DNA from: Proteromonas lacertae
Taxonomy: Eukaryota
Assembly: GCA_002245135.1 (NCBI GenBank)
Contig: NGBS01000021.1
Span: 1-64,000 of the forward strand
Direction of reading: 5' to 3'
DNA length: 64,000 bases
Shown piece by piece: positions 24,550 to 39,080 of the stretch. Position 1 is the stretch's first letter. Every line of letters begins with the position of its first letter. The translations under genes and the position numbers were made by a program. Under the pieces are notes generated by a model. It was given only the letters and a program-made list of their open reading frames with translations, was not told where the DNA came from and made no database searches.

Positions 24550-27423
24550 TCAAAGTTTTGATATTACTTTCATTAAGTTGAAAAAGTCAGAATCTTTATC
24601 TGTTCCTATACAATCTGAAGGATTGTTTATAAAAATGTGAAATAAATGCCTCATTTTCTTTTTTAAATATTTAATATACTCATAATAATCTTTATTAACT
24701 TTCATCCTGAACTTTTCACTCAACATCACAATCATTTCATCATCTTTGCTTTTCTCCTGAGGCTCAAAATTATAAGGACAACACATTAATATTGTAAGAG
24801 GTTTAACTACAGCAGCATATTTGAAATAAATCCTATTCTTATTATCTCTATTCACTTCATCAAAAATCAATAATCTTGAATCATCATCATTGTACAAATT
24901 ATATTGTTGTATTACACTGGATGGATGGACATATCCACCAGCTTCTTCATTGAACATAAATACATTTGACTTTTTTACATGAATACTAACTTGAGGGAAT
25001 AATGCCATTGATATTAACTGAGTTACTAAACTTAAATCTTTATCATTTTCTGAAATAGATTCTATATCAGTATTTGCAATTATTTTTGACTTAATCATTG
25101 ATCTAGTTATATCATTTACCATTTCCTATGATAATAAAAATATACAAATATATATTAATACACCAATAGTTTTAATCTTTTTCATCACTATTTTGTTCTT
25201 TACACATTCCTTTTCATCAATTACATTATTTTGTACATTTAAATATGTTTGTAATAAAAAGGCATAATCATTAGGTGCTTTACGATTATTCCTTTTGAAA
25301 TCTTTTATTATCTCTCTTTCTTTTTTGTTTCTTGCATTTTTAAATATATCATTCACATTCAGTATACAGATGATTGTAAGTATACTTTTGTAACATTTGA
25401 AAAAAATCCCCAACTAAGTAATAGAATATATATATATACTAATAATAGATATGCATATTTTGGTAAAACCGGTATGTCATTAATATATTCACCTATCTTA
25501 GTCAATTGTTCATATTTATCCAAAGCTCCATAAGATTTCAATAGTTCTATTCCTGTATTAATCATCTCAATATCAGGCGGATCAAGCAATTTTGATAAAA
25601 ACTCACTTATTTTATATACACGCTTTCTATCTAATGATCTTGTTCTTAATATAACTTCATCCAACAGAATTCTTTGAATTTCAGGAATTGGATATTCATT
25701 CATCTTTTCTTGTTGTATCTTTTTTGTATATAAATGAAAGCATTCTCCTTCTTTTGTTCTTCCTGCTCTGCCAGTTCTTTGTCTGACATTTGCTTGAGAA
25801 ATTAATTCAGTTGTTAATGAAGTAATTTTGGTTTGACTATCATACTTATTTACTTTCATTAATCCTGTATCTATTACATACTTAACTTCATTAATTGTTA
25901 AAGACGTTTCTGCAACATTAGTTGATAGGACTATCTTTCTAGCATTACTTTTATCTTCATCTTTTCCTTCAGATGCACTTTTAAATACTTTACCTTGCTC
26001 TTCATTAGTAAGATTTGAATGTAATGGAAGTATATTACATGTATCACATATTGGATCTTTCCTTAATTTTTCTTCTAATTCCAATATTTCACTCCAACCT
26101 GGTAAAAATATCAGAATAGCATCTTCTTCAGTAGATGATGTATTACATATGATATATCTACATATACTAACAATCAGTTTATTATCAATCTTAAAATCAA
26201 AATCATCACTTCTAGGAGTAGATTCTTCACTTGGAGGTACTGGTTCATCGCTTTTACCATCCATATCATCATCATCATCATCATCTTTATCATCACGCTT
26301 TGTTTCAGTTGATTCATTGATCATTTCCTTTATTTCATCAAGCCAATGTTCTTTAACAGGATACATTCTACCTTCACAATTAATCCTTTGGGGATCACCA
26401 AAATATTTGCTTATCTTTTCTATTTGTAAGGTAGCACTCATGATTATTACATGAATATTTGGATTTAGTTTTAATAATTTGTCTTTCACATATACTAATA
26501 AGAAATCTAAAAATTGATCTCTCTCATGAGCTTCATCAATTATTAAATGAGTTATTCCCTCTAGCTTAGGATCATTATTCAATCTTCTTAATAATAAACC
26601 AGTTGTTACATATTCCAATTGAGTATTTTCATTCAACTTAGTTTCAAATCGAATTGAATAAGATACTGTTTCACCGACTTTCTCACCTCGTTCTTCAGCT
26701 ACTCTCTCAGCTAAACCAACTGCACATAATCTTCGAGGTTGACAACAGATTATACATGCTTCTGGACCTAATTCTTTATCGTTTAATATCATTTGAGGTA
26801 CTTGTGTGCTTTTACCACATCCTGTTTCACCTGATATCATAAATACACGATTGGCTTTAATCCCATTAATAATTACTTCTGTATAATTATTTATTGGTAA
26901 ATCTTTAGCTGAAGATGGTAATGAAAATAATCCCTTTTCTACTCTTTCATTATATCTTCTTTTCCAATTTTCAACATCTCTTTTTATTTGATAAACTTCT
27001 TCTTTAACTTCAAGAGGCATTCTAGATAAGAATATATTCGATTATTATGAATATACGGTATATAATTTGCACCATTTAAATCTTCTTTATCTTTATTTTC
27101 TTCATAATATGTTTTAATCTCATCTTCATGTAAATTCTCACATTTTACATTAGAAAAGAATCTGTTAATTATAACAAATATAGGAGAGACAAGTCCTTTA
27201 ATTCTACTAATTAAACCTCTTTGTGTAGCTAAATGTCTAATAATGGCTATTTGGCTTTTAGTATTTGCTTTTAACGAAAGTTCTTCTAATATATATTACT
27301 TTGATGTATACTTTTCTTACCATTCTTCTCAAATTCAATTAATTCATTGATTACTCTTTCACGAAACTTTTCATCTGGTTCAACATCTATATGCAATGTA
27401 TAAGGGTCATCTTCTTCAAACAT
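24550..27423 (-). CDS. DEAH-box RNA helicase, paralogue 2
   Basis: Same motifs (QRTGRAGR); N-terminal IRHLATQRGLIS R3H-like segment. Confidence 0.88.
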
Positions 27424-27599
27424 CACTTTAATAATCAAGATTTTAATAAAGAGAATTTCACAAGCTAAAAATTGGCTTGATCTTCAAAATACATGACTAT
27501 TACAAACAAAGATGTTAAATATAAGTAACACAGACATTTATCTGTTTTAAACTTAATAATACAAACAAAGACACAAAATAAACTATAAATTAAATATAA

Positions 27600-28773
27600 T
27601 TATATCACTGGAATTCTGTTCCAGAAATCCATATCTAATTTCTTAGCAGTCTTCAATTCACTAGTCTTCCACATCTCTTGAGCGGTATACAGTGCAGATT
27701 CTGAGGTAGATTGCATAGGATTAGGATTCATTTCACCATGCCAATTCTCAGTAGCATTAGGGTAAAATCCAGCATAACCTTGCATATTATTATTCATAGT
27801 TATTCTTAGGTCATTAGTTCTATAATCAGTTCCACCTTCAAGATGCGCTTGTTGATGACTGAATTTATTCCATGTGTTTTTAGGAATATGACCACCATAA
27901 CCAGGTATTTTACAACTATTCTTAGTGGTGCCATTATATAAATCTGAAGTTGTACCAGTCATACCAAATTCAGTCTTTGCTACTCTCTTTGTTGGATTGT
28001 CTCCAAATTTACCAACATCATAGTGATAAGTAGTATCTGGTGGTGGTCCATTTATTATTCTATCTCTCTCTCTTCTTCGGTTCCATTCTGGAATATCATT
28101 GGGATTAGCATGTGTGTGAAGATCTTCCTTCAATTTTGCTTCTAGTACTGGTACTTTATTAATTAAATCATCTCTGGATATAAGACCATCTTTATTCTTC
28201 TCAAATGCTTTATCAAATTCATCAACTTCTGTTATTGTAGGAGTTCTACCTAATGTTGTTGTTAGTAATGGCTTGATATCTTTTCTTGATATATATCCAT
28301 CTTCTGCAGCTACTTTATCAAATGCTTTATCAAAATCATCGACTGGGTGATCTATTACATCATGAATGGTAGAAGAAAAATCTTTATAGTCATCTTTGTA
28401 TGTTGATATACCAATAAATGGTTGAGGAGGCAATACTCTTTCAGCTTGATGAGCTAAATAACCCATTCTTTCTGGTACTTTATAATCTTTTCTTTTGTAT
28501 GTATTTTGTGTACACGTTATTGTAGATTCAAATAATGGAGCTGTTGTTGTAGTTGAACCCAATCTATATTAAAATTTGAATTATAATGCAAAATACGTGG
28601 ATGATGGTCGATAATTAGTATTTTGTGCCATTTCTGAATAGAATGTATCTCTATTTTCAGTACCTACAGCGATTAATTACATAAACTATACCCACCGACA
28701 GAACCTCTTTATCAGTTCGTTTATATGGTACAAATCCTTTGTAGCCATATACTTTTGAGCCGTCTGGAAACAT
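27600..28773 (-). CDS. Ciliary microtubule inner protein-like (FAM166/CIMIP2-type PGY repeats) with EF-hand pair
   Basis: GYKGFVP, PGYGGHIP and GYAGFYP repeats; DGYISRKDI and KDGLISRDDL EF-hand-like loops. Confidence 0.6.
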
Positions 28774-28907
28774 GTTAAGTCTCTTAAAATAAGAAATAAA
28801 AAAATAAAACGGACGAGCCTAATTTGATAAAAACTAGATCTGAGTCAAGTATATATTCCCTATTTGCAAAATAGATATTAATTCTATTTTTCGTTTCTTT
28901 ATTTTTA

Positions 28908-29729
28908 ATGGTGGAAGGTATATTTTATAGTAATAGTAACATTTTAGATTTTGTTATCGGCAAACATAGAAGAGTTTACACTCCATTAGAAGTCTCATAT
29001 CATAATGTAGCAACTGTATGTTTGAGCATATAATGAATAGGATTGTTGGATTTCATTGTTCCAGAAAGTATATGATTTAACAGAATTAGTTAAACAAAAT
29101 GATAGTATAAATAAATGTGATTATTGTAACTATAGACGAATTATCTCAACCAATTATTCGTAATGCTGGTTTGGACGTGACAAAATGGTTTGACAAAAAA
29201 ACTAGAACTGTATTGATAATTTGTATTTATATGTGTAATAGTACAGACAAAAGTTTGATGAGAATAAGAAAATTATGGTTCCTGATTTACCAGAAGGCAG
29301 ATTCATCCATGTACCACCTTCAGAACCAGTCTCCAATTGGGCAACTGATTTTAAAACACCATGGTGGGATAATGATGAATTAGTAATAGGTTCATTATCT
29401 TCAAGAACACGTTATGTAGATATAATAAACACATTAACTGAACAAGAGTGTAGATTGGAAGTATCTAGTGAAGAAACGTTAATGGAAATATTAGATCGTT
29501 ATTTAGAATATAATAGTAATGCTAATAGTTACACATGGAAAGTATTGGATAAAGGTGAGTTTAGAGTGTTGGATATGGATAAGACGTTGGATGAAAATGG
29601 AGTATTTATTTAATTTTTGTTTACTATATATAGATTATTAACGAAGCCGATGAATTTGATCGTTTAGATATTCCCGAAGATTATTTCTACCCAATAATTC
29701 ACTTATACTACAATGATGATTTAATATAA
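28908..29729 (+). CDS. CYB5D1: Cytochrome b5 domain-containing protein 1 (flagellar radial-spoke associated), multi-exon
   Basis: YTPLEVSYHN, AGLDVTKWFD, PEGRFIHVPP, TPWW, EETLMEILDRYLEYNSNANSYTWK, HLYYNDDL. Confidence 0.85.
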
Positions 29730-29884
29730 CAATTATTTCTTTATTTTTTTTAATATTATTATTTGTGATATAATTATTAGCTTAATAACTAACAATTGAA
29801 TAATCTTCTTACAAATAATATAGAATAGGAAGAATATTTAAAACGAAGAAAAAAAGAAGTTTTGAGAATAAAACTATTTTAAAA

Positions 29885-30762
29885 ATGTCTACAAATGAAA
29901 TACATCAATCAGGAAAATCACTTTTTGACGAATGCGCTAAAGAATTTGATGAAGACCCACTAACTGCTGAAATGAGTAAAAAGACTTTAGAAATCTTCAA
30001 AGAAATGGATTTAATTAACAAAGAACAAGAATGCTTAGTATATGCCACACATAATAAATAGGATTTTGGTATTGGAACAGGTAATTTTTCACTTTCATTA
30101 ATTGATTCTGTCAAAAGCATTCATGGAATAGACACTTCTAATGGTATGCTTGAGATATTAAAGAAGAATATCGATGAGAAGAATGTAGGTGATAAAATAA
30201 CCTATGAAAATGTATTTTTGAGCAAACCTCGTATACTGGTTATAAATATATAATTGATCATTAGATCAATTGAATCATATGTATAATTTGATTTATACTC
30301 AACTAACTCTTCACCATTGTGAAGATCCTTCAATGATGATAAATTTATTAGTATATATCACTATTTGTTCAGAATATAACATTAGTCAACTCATTTACTA
30401 GATGATGGAATTATGGTAGTTGTTGAATTAGAAAAGAATGAGTATATATCTATAAACTATATTAACACATAGAGATTCTCATTATTTCTTTAATGCAACA
30501 AGCCACAAATGCCCTGATAGTAAAGATGATAACAAAGATAAAGGAATATTCCATGAAGGTTTAACTATTGAATCAATTGAACAAGCATTGAGAAATTCAG
30601 GAATAAAACCATTTGAACCTAAAAAGGTATATCCATATATTTATACTTATTTTTGTTATACAGTTCGAAATTGAAAGAGAAGTAAGAATTCCAGATGAAA
30701 ACATTGATAAAAAAATGAAATTCAATATGATTGTTGTTGTTGGAAGAAAAATGTCAGATTAA
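29885..30762 (+). CDS. Class I SAM-dependent methyltransferase, multi-exon
   Basis: Spliced motif I CLDFGIGTG (24-nt intron at ~30038), GIDTSNGML, TLHHCEDP. Confidence 0.75.
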
Positions 30763-30866
30763 ATTCGAATTTAATACTATTCTTTGCTGTTTCTTTGAAA
30801 TGATTGTTTTCAAGCAAAAAATAAAGGCTTGAGTCATAAAATTTTAAAATCTTAATTTTCTCAATA

Positions 30867-31300
30867 TGGAATGGCGAAAAGAGTATATAATCATTTTATT
30901 TGAAAAAATATAGATGTGAAGAGAATATGAAGAATAATAAGAAGAGTATAATTAACAAATTATTATAATCCTTCTAGGACAATCACCCAAATCTAACAAC
31001 AAAAGACAAAAAACTGGAGGTGATAGGATGAATAGAAATTATGGAGATAATAAGGATTATCAAAGTAGTTTATCAAAATCAGACAGTCAAGAACAAACAG
31101 CATATCAAATTCTATGGGACAGTATATAATTTGTTTTTAAGATTATATTTTAATAGTTTATAATGATGCTGAAAGGATGTATGACAAGTGTTCTAGTATT
31201 TTCTATATAATATCATAAAAATAGAAAAAGTAGATTTATTAGATCTTCCTATACACTATAAACTAGAAGATGTGTATTTGCAAGATATCTATCAATGTTA
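30867..31300 (+). CDS. Small multi-exon hypothetical gene
   Basis: ATG followed by several GT...AG ~30-nt intron-like segments; structure not resolved. Confidence 0.3.
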
Positions 31301-31464
31301 ATTTTTCTTTAATTTTTAATTATCAATTATATAGACGTTATTATGGTCATATTCTTTTCGATTATTGGTTGAATTGTAGTATAATCTGCGAATCTGAGTC
31401 TTAAAACAAATAAAACACTTTTATTGGACCACGAATCAAACGTTTCTCGAACCTTTTTTCTCAA

Positions 31465-32934
31465 ATGTTGTTATATTTAACGCTGCTTGTATATTTATGT
31501 GATTTATAAATGTAGTTTATGCTTTTAATTGTTGGTGCGGTTGAGATTACTCCGTCAAAATTAAGGTCAGCTGCTGAAAAAGCCTTTGTAGCAGGGGATT
31601 ACAATAAAGCAATAGGATTTTATTCAAAATGCATTAAATTAGAGCCAAATAACATTCAGAATTATTATAAAAGATTCAGAGTTTACTCTAAAATGCAAAA
31701 GTATTCAGAGGCACTTAATGATTTAGATTCTGCTCTTAAAATAGATCCTAAATTTTCACAAGCATTAGGAAGAAGAGCAAAGTTAAATCTTCAACTAGGT
31801 AACTTTGAATCAGCTATTAAAGATGCTACAGAGTTGAATGCAATTGATAAAGACTCATCAACAGCAAAAAGTGTAATAACAGATAGTAACACCTGCATAG
31901 AACTAGTTAGACAAGCAGACAGTTTATTCAATCAAAACAATTTTGATCAGGCAAAGGATATATATAATAGATTGTTAGAAATAGCAACATACAATATCGA
32001 TTATCGTCACAAGAAATGCGAATGCTTGTATCAACAAGGAGATTATTACAGTATCTTAAATGAAGCAAGTATATTGTTGAAATATGATAAAGATGATCTA
32101 TATGCTTTAAATGTAAGAGGAGATGCGCATTTCAACTTAGGTGAATATGAGATGGCAACTAGACACTATCGACAATGTCTATTATCTGATCCAGAGTATA
32201 AGAAGTGTAAAGTGGCAATGAGACTGGTGAAATCATTTACTAAGAACATTGAAAGAGTAGAAGAAGCTATTAACAATCAACAATATCAAGAAGGGATAGA
32301 GAGTATTAACAAATTATTGAGTTTGAAAGTAAGTGGTAATGAAAATGTAAAGAAAATAGTGAAATTACAATGTAAATTATATTCTAAAATGAAAAATAAG
32401 AAAGAAACAATGGAATACTGTGAGAAAGCAATTTCATTGGATAATAAAGATATAGACAGTGCAATATTAATAGGTGATTTATATATGGAAGAGGAGAAAT
32501 ATGAAGAAGCAGTAAGAGCCTATAAACGAGCACAAGAGATGGATAATGACAATCAACAAGCTAGAGAGAAAGTACAAAAAGCAGAGACAGCATTGAAACA
32601 AAGCAAGCAAAAGAATTATTATAAAATACTAGGCGTTTCAAGAACAGCATCACAGAAGGAAATTAAAAAAGCATATCGAAAGAAAGCCTTGGAAAACCAT
32701 CCAGATAAAGTACCTGAAGATAAAAAAGAAGCTGCTGTTAAGAGATTCCAAGATATTGGTGAAGCTTATGAGGTATTATCTAATCCTGAATCTAGAGGTA
32801 AGTATGATAGAGGTGAAGATCCATTGCATGAACAACAACAACCTCAACAAGGATCACCATTTACATTCCATTTTGGAGGTGGTCAAGGGTTTAATTTTGG
32901 TCAAGGAGGTAATTTTCATTTTAAGTTTGGTTAG
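31465..32934 (+). CDS. DNAJC3: DnaJ homolog subfamily C member 3 (P58IPK): TPR repeats plus J domain
   Basis: Signal peptide (one intron), TPR repeats, NYYKILGV...HPDK J domain, G/F-rich tail. Confidence 0.9.
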
Positions 32935-33055
32935 AAGGAATATTTGTAAGTTTAAGAGTTATATTTATCTTATTATTAAAAAAATCATTTTCCTTACCTG
33001 TTTTTTTGAGGTATGTTTGAATAGAAAGCTTGGCTATTCAGTGTGAAAAATAAGA

Positions 33056-35957
33056 ATGGATGATTTATTGGAATTTTTAAACATCTGCAATTGGGATTTT
33101 AGTGATTTACTTCCAGAAGATGAATCAACAAAGAGTATTGTCAGTCAGATTATAGAGTTTAAGAAATCAGACGAGCAAAGTATTATTTAATAATATAATA
33201 TTGTTAGCTAAAAAATATCGATAAACGATCTCCTGATCAGAACAAACTAATACGGGAAATTGCGACACATTTTGGATTACAGTCTAAAGTATATAATGGA
33301 GGTATTAGTATTCTTATAATGTATGATCTAGATTTTTCTGGATATACATCTGTCAATAAATTCCATTATGTCGTTAATTTTCCTTCAGATTTAACATATG
33401 AGTTGATTCAATTCACTAATATTACATTTAATTCATTTTTGGAAGATAGAGATAAAGATTAGTATATTATCATTTAGTATATTACATTTAGTTTAACACC
33501 CTTTGGCGATTCAGTTTCAAGAGATATTGTACGAGATAAAAGCAAATGGAAGTTGAATTATTTAACTCATGAATTAAAAGAAAGAAAATGTCCAAGAATG
33601 AGTAAATTACTTCCAATTAATAACAAAGAAGATGTAATTATAGAAACAATCAAAGCATTCAGAGTGGTAATGATATCAGGTGAAACAGGATGTGGTAAAA
33701 GCACACAAGTACCTCAAATGATATTAAACGATAAAGAATTAGGTCCAGAAGCATGTATAATCTGTTGTCAACCTCGAAGATTATGTGCAGTTGGTTTAGC
33801 TGAGAGAGTAGCTGAAGAACGAGGTGAGAAAGTCGGTGAAACAGTATCTTATTCAATTCGATTTGAAACTAAGTTGAATGAAAATACTCAATTGGAATAT
33901 GTAACAACTGGTTTATTATTAAGAAGATTGAATAATGATGCGTGAATTGAAAGGTATAAGTCATTTAATAATTGATGAAGCTCATGAGAGAGATCAATTT
34001 TTAGATTTCTTATTAGTATATGTGAAAGACAAATTATTAAAACTAAATCCAAATATTCATGTAATAATCATGAGTGCTACCTTACAAATAGAAAAGATTA
34101 GTGAATTCTTTAGTGAATATGATCCTGTGTTAATAAAGAATAAAGGAAAATCATTTAAAGTGGAAAATTTCTTTTTAACAAAAGAAGAATATGCTCCAGC
34201 AACGGATGAATATGATAATGATTTTGAAGTAAATACAGACATGATAATTCATCTAATAAAGAAAATTCATTCAGATTACTATGATCCGAAAGATGCAATT
34301 TTAGTATTTCTACCTGGATGGAAATCAATTATGGCAATATATGAGTATATAGATTATATATATGTTTAATATATATATATATATATATATATAGTAAATT
34401 ACAAAGTGAACCACTCTTCTTTGGATCTTTAAATGTTTTAGTTTTACATAGCAATATTTCATTTGAAGAACAGAAATTAGTATTTGATAAAAAGAATCCA
34501 CATAGAAAAGTAATATTATCAACTAATATCTCAGAAACGTCTATTACAATTGATGAAGTTAAATTTGTGATAGATTCAGGATTAACTAATGTTAATACAT
34601 ATGATCCTCTTAGTGGAGTATAATATTATTATTATATTAATGTTTATCATGATTAGATTAAATCTATTAATACTGTATGGATATCAAAAGCAAATGCAAA
34701 ACAAAGACAAGGAAGAGCAGGAAGAACTAAAGAGGGAATATGTTTTCATGCTTATACTAAAGAACAATATGATAAACTAGCAGATAATCCAACTCCTGAA
34801 ATTCAACGAATATCATTAGAAGAGGTGATATTAAGAATAAGATCATTGGATATAAATAAGATGTTTTCTATTGAAGGTTTTCTACAGAAATTGATTGATC
34901 CACCATCTCCTCAGTGTATTTCAAAAGGAATAAAGACTTTACAGTTTTTAGGTGCAATTGATAAAGATGAAAATCTTACTCATTTAGGTAGATATATTAG
35001 TGATATTCCACTAAGTCCAAATTATGCAAAATTATTGTTGTATAGTATAATGTTTAAATGTTTTAAACCAATTGCTAGATTAATATCTATGTTAACTTGT
35101 GGAGATATATTCAAAATTCCAAGAAAAGAAAAACATAAGAAAGAAGTAAGAGAGTTTAGAAAAAGACTATCAAATGGGTATATGAATGATTATTTGGTTC
35201 TATTAAACCTTTATAATGAAATAAAAAACTTAATGCCTTCTGAATTAAAGAAATATTGTAAAGTACATAGATTGAATTATGATAAATTACTATTAGCCCA
35301 GAAATTAGAATTTCAAATACGAAATTATGTTTTTGATACTAATATTATAAAAGAAGATGAACAAGAATTCATTAATACTTTCTCTACTGATATTAATTAC
35401 ATTACTGCAATAATAACATCATGTTTTTCTGATCAAATTGCATTTAAATCACCAAATAATCCTATTTTTGTATTTAATAACACTGCTGGTGGTTATATTC
35501 ATCCTTCTAGTTGTATAATGAGAGATGATTACATCAAATCAGCAGAGACATGTATTTTATTATTCAATGAAGTTACAAGTGGAGCAAAAATGAGGATTTA
35601 TTATAAGAATGTTGCTATGATTAACCCCTTGCCGCTATTTTTGTTTTGTATGGATGAAAACGACAGTGAAAAGATTGATAAGACATTATCAGAACATATA
35701 CAATAGTATCTTTCTTCAATTATTTAATTATAGTAAATACTTGGAAAATGTTTCATTTTTAGGTAAAACTGATGTTATTGAATCGCTATTTAAGATGAGA
35801 ACAACATTAAAAACATTAACCAATGAGTTCTTTGAAAATCCAAAAGATGTATATACTCTTTATATTATTATAGTTTATTAAAAACGATAAATACTTAATG
35901 TATTTAATAATGTTCCAAGAACTAATGTCTGAAGCATGTCTCAAGTGTCTTGAGTGA
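33056..35957 (+). CDS. DEAH-box RNA helicase, paralogue 3 (one-base insertion at ~33941)
   Basis: Helicase motifs present; gatgcgtgaa versus gatggtgaa in paralogue 4 shows the extra base. Confidence 0.85.
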
Positions 35958-36110
35958 TTAATTAATAATCAAATCTATTATATTTTATTATTTACTGTCT
36001 GGTTTGCATTTTGTTGTATTATTTTGCTGAATAACTATTTAGTTAGTGAGAAAATCAAAGATCCTTTTAATTCAAAAATTAATTCGTTTTATTGATTTTT
36101 TAATTTTGAA

Positions 36111-39044
36111 ATGAAACATTCATTCAACCGCAACTCAATAAATTCTGAACCACTCAGTCCTGCTTTTATGGATAGAGTAAAAAAGGAATTATTTGAGTTT
36201 TGCCAATCGACTGAAAAGCGTATTATAAGAAAAAGTTCATTATTTAGATAAAGAATACCCTGGTTTAAATGGAAGTGAGAGAAAATTCATCCACAATCAG
36301 TGCGCGCTTTTAGGATTGCAATCTCAGAGTCATGGAGGAAGTATAGAAGTATATAATGCTATAACTAGAAAATAATCGTGTATTGGTCATATCTAGATAT
36401 GATTATGAAATTGTTTGCCCAGAATATCAACCAAAACTACTCTCAAATTACATTGAAGCTAATCCAGTTACTACTGAGGAACAAAACTTTGATATTAAAT
36501 CTCAAATGTATAAGATAATACAATGATCTTATAATAATAGATTAATCTCAGATACAGTTAAAGATGTTTATCAAATAGGTAGAGATCCTGATTTGTGGTA
36601 CAACCGTTATCAGAATAGACAAAAGTGGCTTAAGACACATCCAGAACCGCCTAAGAATTTACCTATCATACCATGGACTGAAACAATTATTAATGGGATT
36701 AAAGCCAATCGTGTATTTATACTATCAGGTGAAACAGGATGTGGTAAAAGCACACAAGTACCTCAAATGATATTAAACGATAAAGAATTAGGTCCAGAAG
36801 CATGTATAATCTGTTGTCAACCTCGAAGATTATGTGCAGTTGGTTTAGCTGAGAGAGTAGCTGAAGAACGAGGTGAGAAAGTCGGTGAAACAGTATCTTA
36901 TTCAATTCGATTTGATACAAATCTGAGTAGATCAACTCAATTGGAATATGTAACAACTGGTTTATTATTAAGAAGATTGAATAATGATGGTGAATTGAAA
37001 GGTATAAGTCATTTAATAATTGATGAAGCTCATGAGAGAGATCAATTTTTAGATTTCTTATTAGTATATGTGAAAGACAAATTATTAAAACTAAATCCAA
37101 ATATTCATGTAATAATCATGAGTGCTACATTCCAAGTATGTTTAATGTATTTATTTTATAGATTGAAAAGTTTATGAATTACTTTGATGCACCTCATTTA
37201 TCATTAGAAGGAAGGATGTTTAATGTAGAGAATATATATTTAGATGATATATTAATGAAAAGAGAAAATTTCAGAGTTGCACCACAAACTAGTGAGTATA
37301 ATATATATATAATATATAATATATATATATATTAGACCAAAATTCACATGTTCAATTTGTCATCAAGTATTTTATGGGTATAAGTTATTTGGACAACATA
37401 TTGTAATATGTTATGAAAAACCAACTGAAGATTTGAACTTAGAATTATACAAAAGAATAGCCCACAAAGAACCAAATAATAATGGTGATGATGACAATAA
37501 TAACAAGTTAAAAACTGATAATAGTGTAATAAGACAAATTATGGAAAAGTATTATAAGATGCACCAAGATTTAGAAGTTGATTTCTTTCTTATTATTGAT
37601 ATTATTAAAGACATTGTATTACAAAGTCGAGTTGTACAAGATGCAATATTGATATTCTTACCAGGATGGAAGGAGATTTATACTTTATCAATGTATTATA
37701 TTAATATAATTATTATTATTGTATAGGTTATTGAAGAAAGAGAATCTATTAAAAGGTTGTGATATTCATATGTTACACAGTGGTATTTCATTACCAGAAC
37801 AAAAAACCGTATTTCAAAGAAGTTATTCAAAAAGAAAGATCATTTTATCAACAAATATTGCAGAAACATCAATCACTATTGATGAAGTAGCTTATGTAAT
37901 AGATAGTGGATTAGTAAAAGTGAATGGTTTTAATGCTAATTTAGGTATTGGTACATTATCATTGGAATACATTTCTAAAGCAAATGCAATACAAAGACAA
38001 GGAAGAGCAGGAAGAACTAAACCAGGAAAATGTTACCATTTATATACAGAACAACAGTTTAATTCATTTAATGAATATCCAACACCAGAAATTCAAAGAA
38101 TATCATTAGAAGAAGTGATTTTACAAGTTAGATCGTTAGATAGAAATTGTACATTTAAAGTGGAAGATTTTCTATCTAAATTAATGGAACCTCCTAATAT
38201 AGATAATATTAATCATGGATTAGAGAAATTGATATGTCTTGGTGCTTTAAGAGAAGAAGATGAGAAGTTAACAAAACTTGGAGAATATTTGAGTGATATT
38301 CCAATTAATCCTACTTATGGTAAATTATTAATTGTATATATATATATATATTCTATTATATGAATAGTTGGGAATATTGTTCCATTGTTTTGATGCTATT
38401 TTACATTTAGTATGTATTATGTCTAATGGTGATATATTTATGATTCCTAAAACTAGTCAACAAAAAGATAAAATCAAAAATTTCAAGAGAAATATGACAA
38501 ACGGAATTCCAAATGATTATCTGTTGTTGTTAAATGTATACAATTATTGTGAAACTTTATCACCTAATGAAAGATATAGATGGTGTTTATCCAATGAAAT
38601 ATTGCCAGAAAAGATTGAATACGCTAGAGTATAGTTTTATATTATTAATACAATAGCAATTATCACAAAAGTATAGAAATTATTTATACAGTAAGAAGTT
38701 ATTTACTGAAGTTGCTTTTATTAATGAATATTCTAAAGATATCAATTATGTAACTGCCATTCTTTGTATAGGATTATATCCACAAGTTGCTGTTGAAATG
38801 AATAAAAAGAGTGGTTATTTATTCAATAACAAAGTCAAAGGTGTATGTCATCCTGCTAGTGTAATTGGTTTGAATAAAAGTAATATTTCATATAATAAAA
38901 ACTGCAATATGTTGATATTTAATGAAGTTGAATTAAGCACTGATAATATAGTGAACTTTAAAATGAACACTTATATTAATCCTGTTATATTGTTATTATT
39001 ATGTTTTAGTCTTGATGATAATGAAAGTATTTATAATTTTTATT

Positions 39045-39080
<36 letters not shown>

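Noticed and set aside
10495..30833. TCAAGCCT/AGGCTTGA shared between the palindrome loop and a host upstream region (~30825)
   Set aside because: Too short and too few occurrences to call a promoter motif without statistics.
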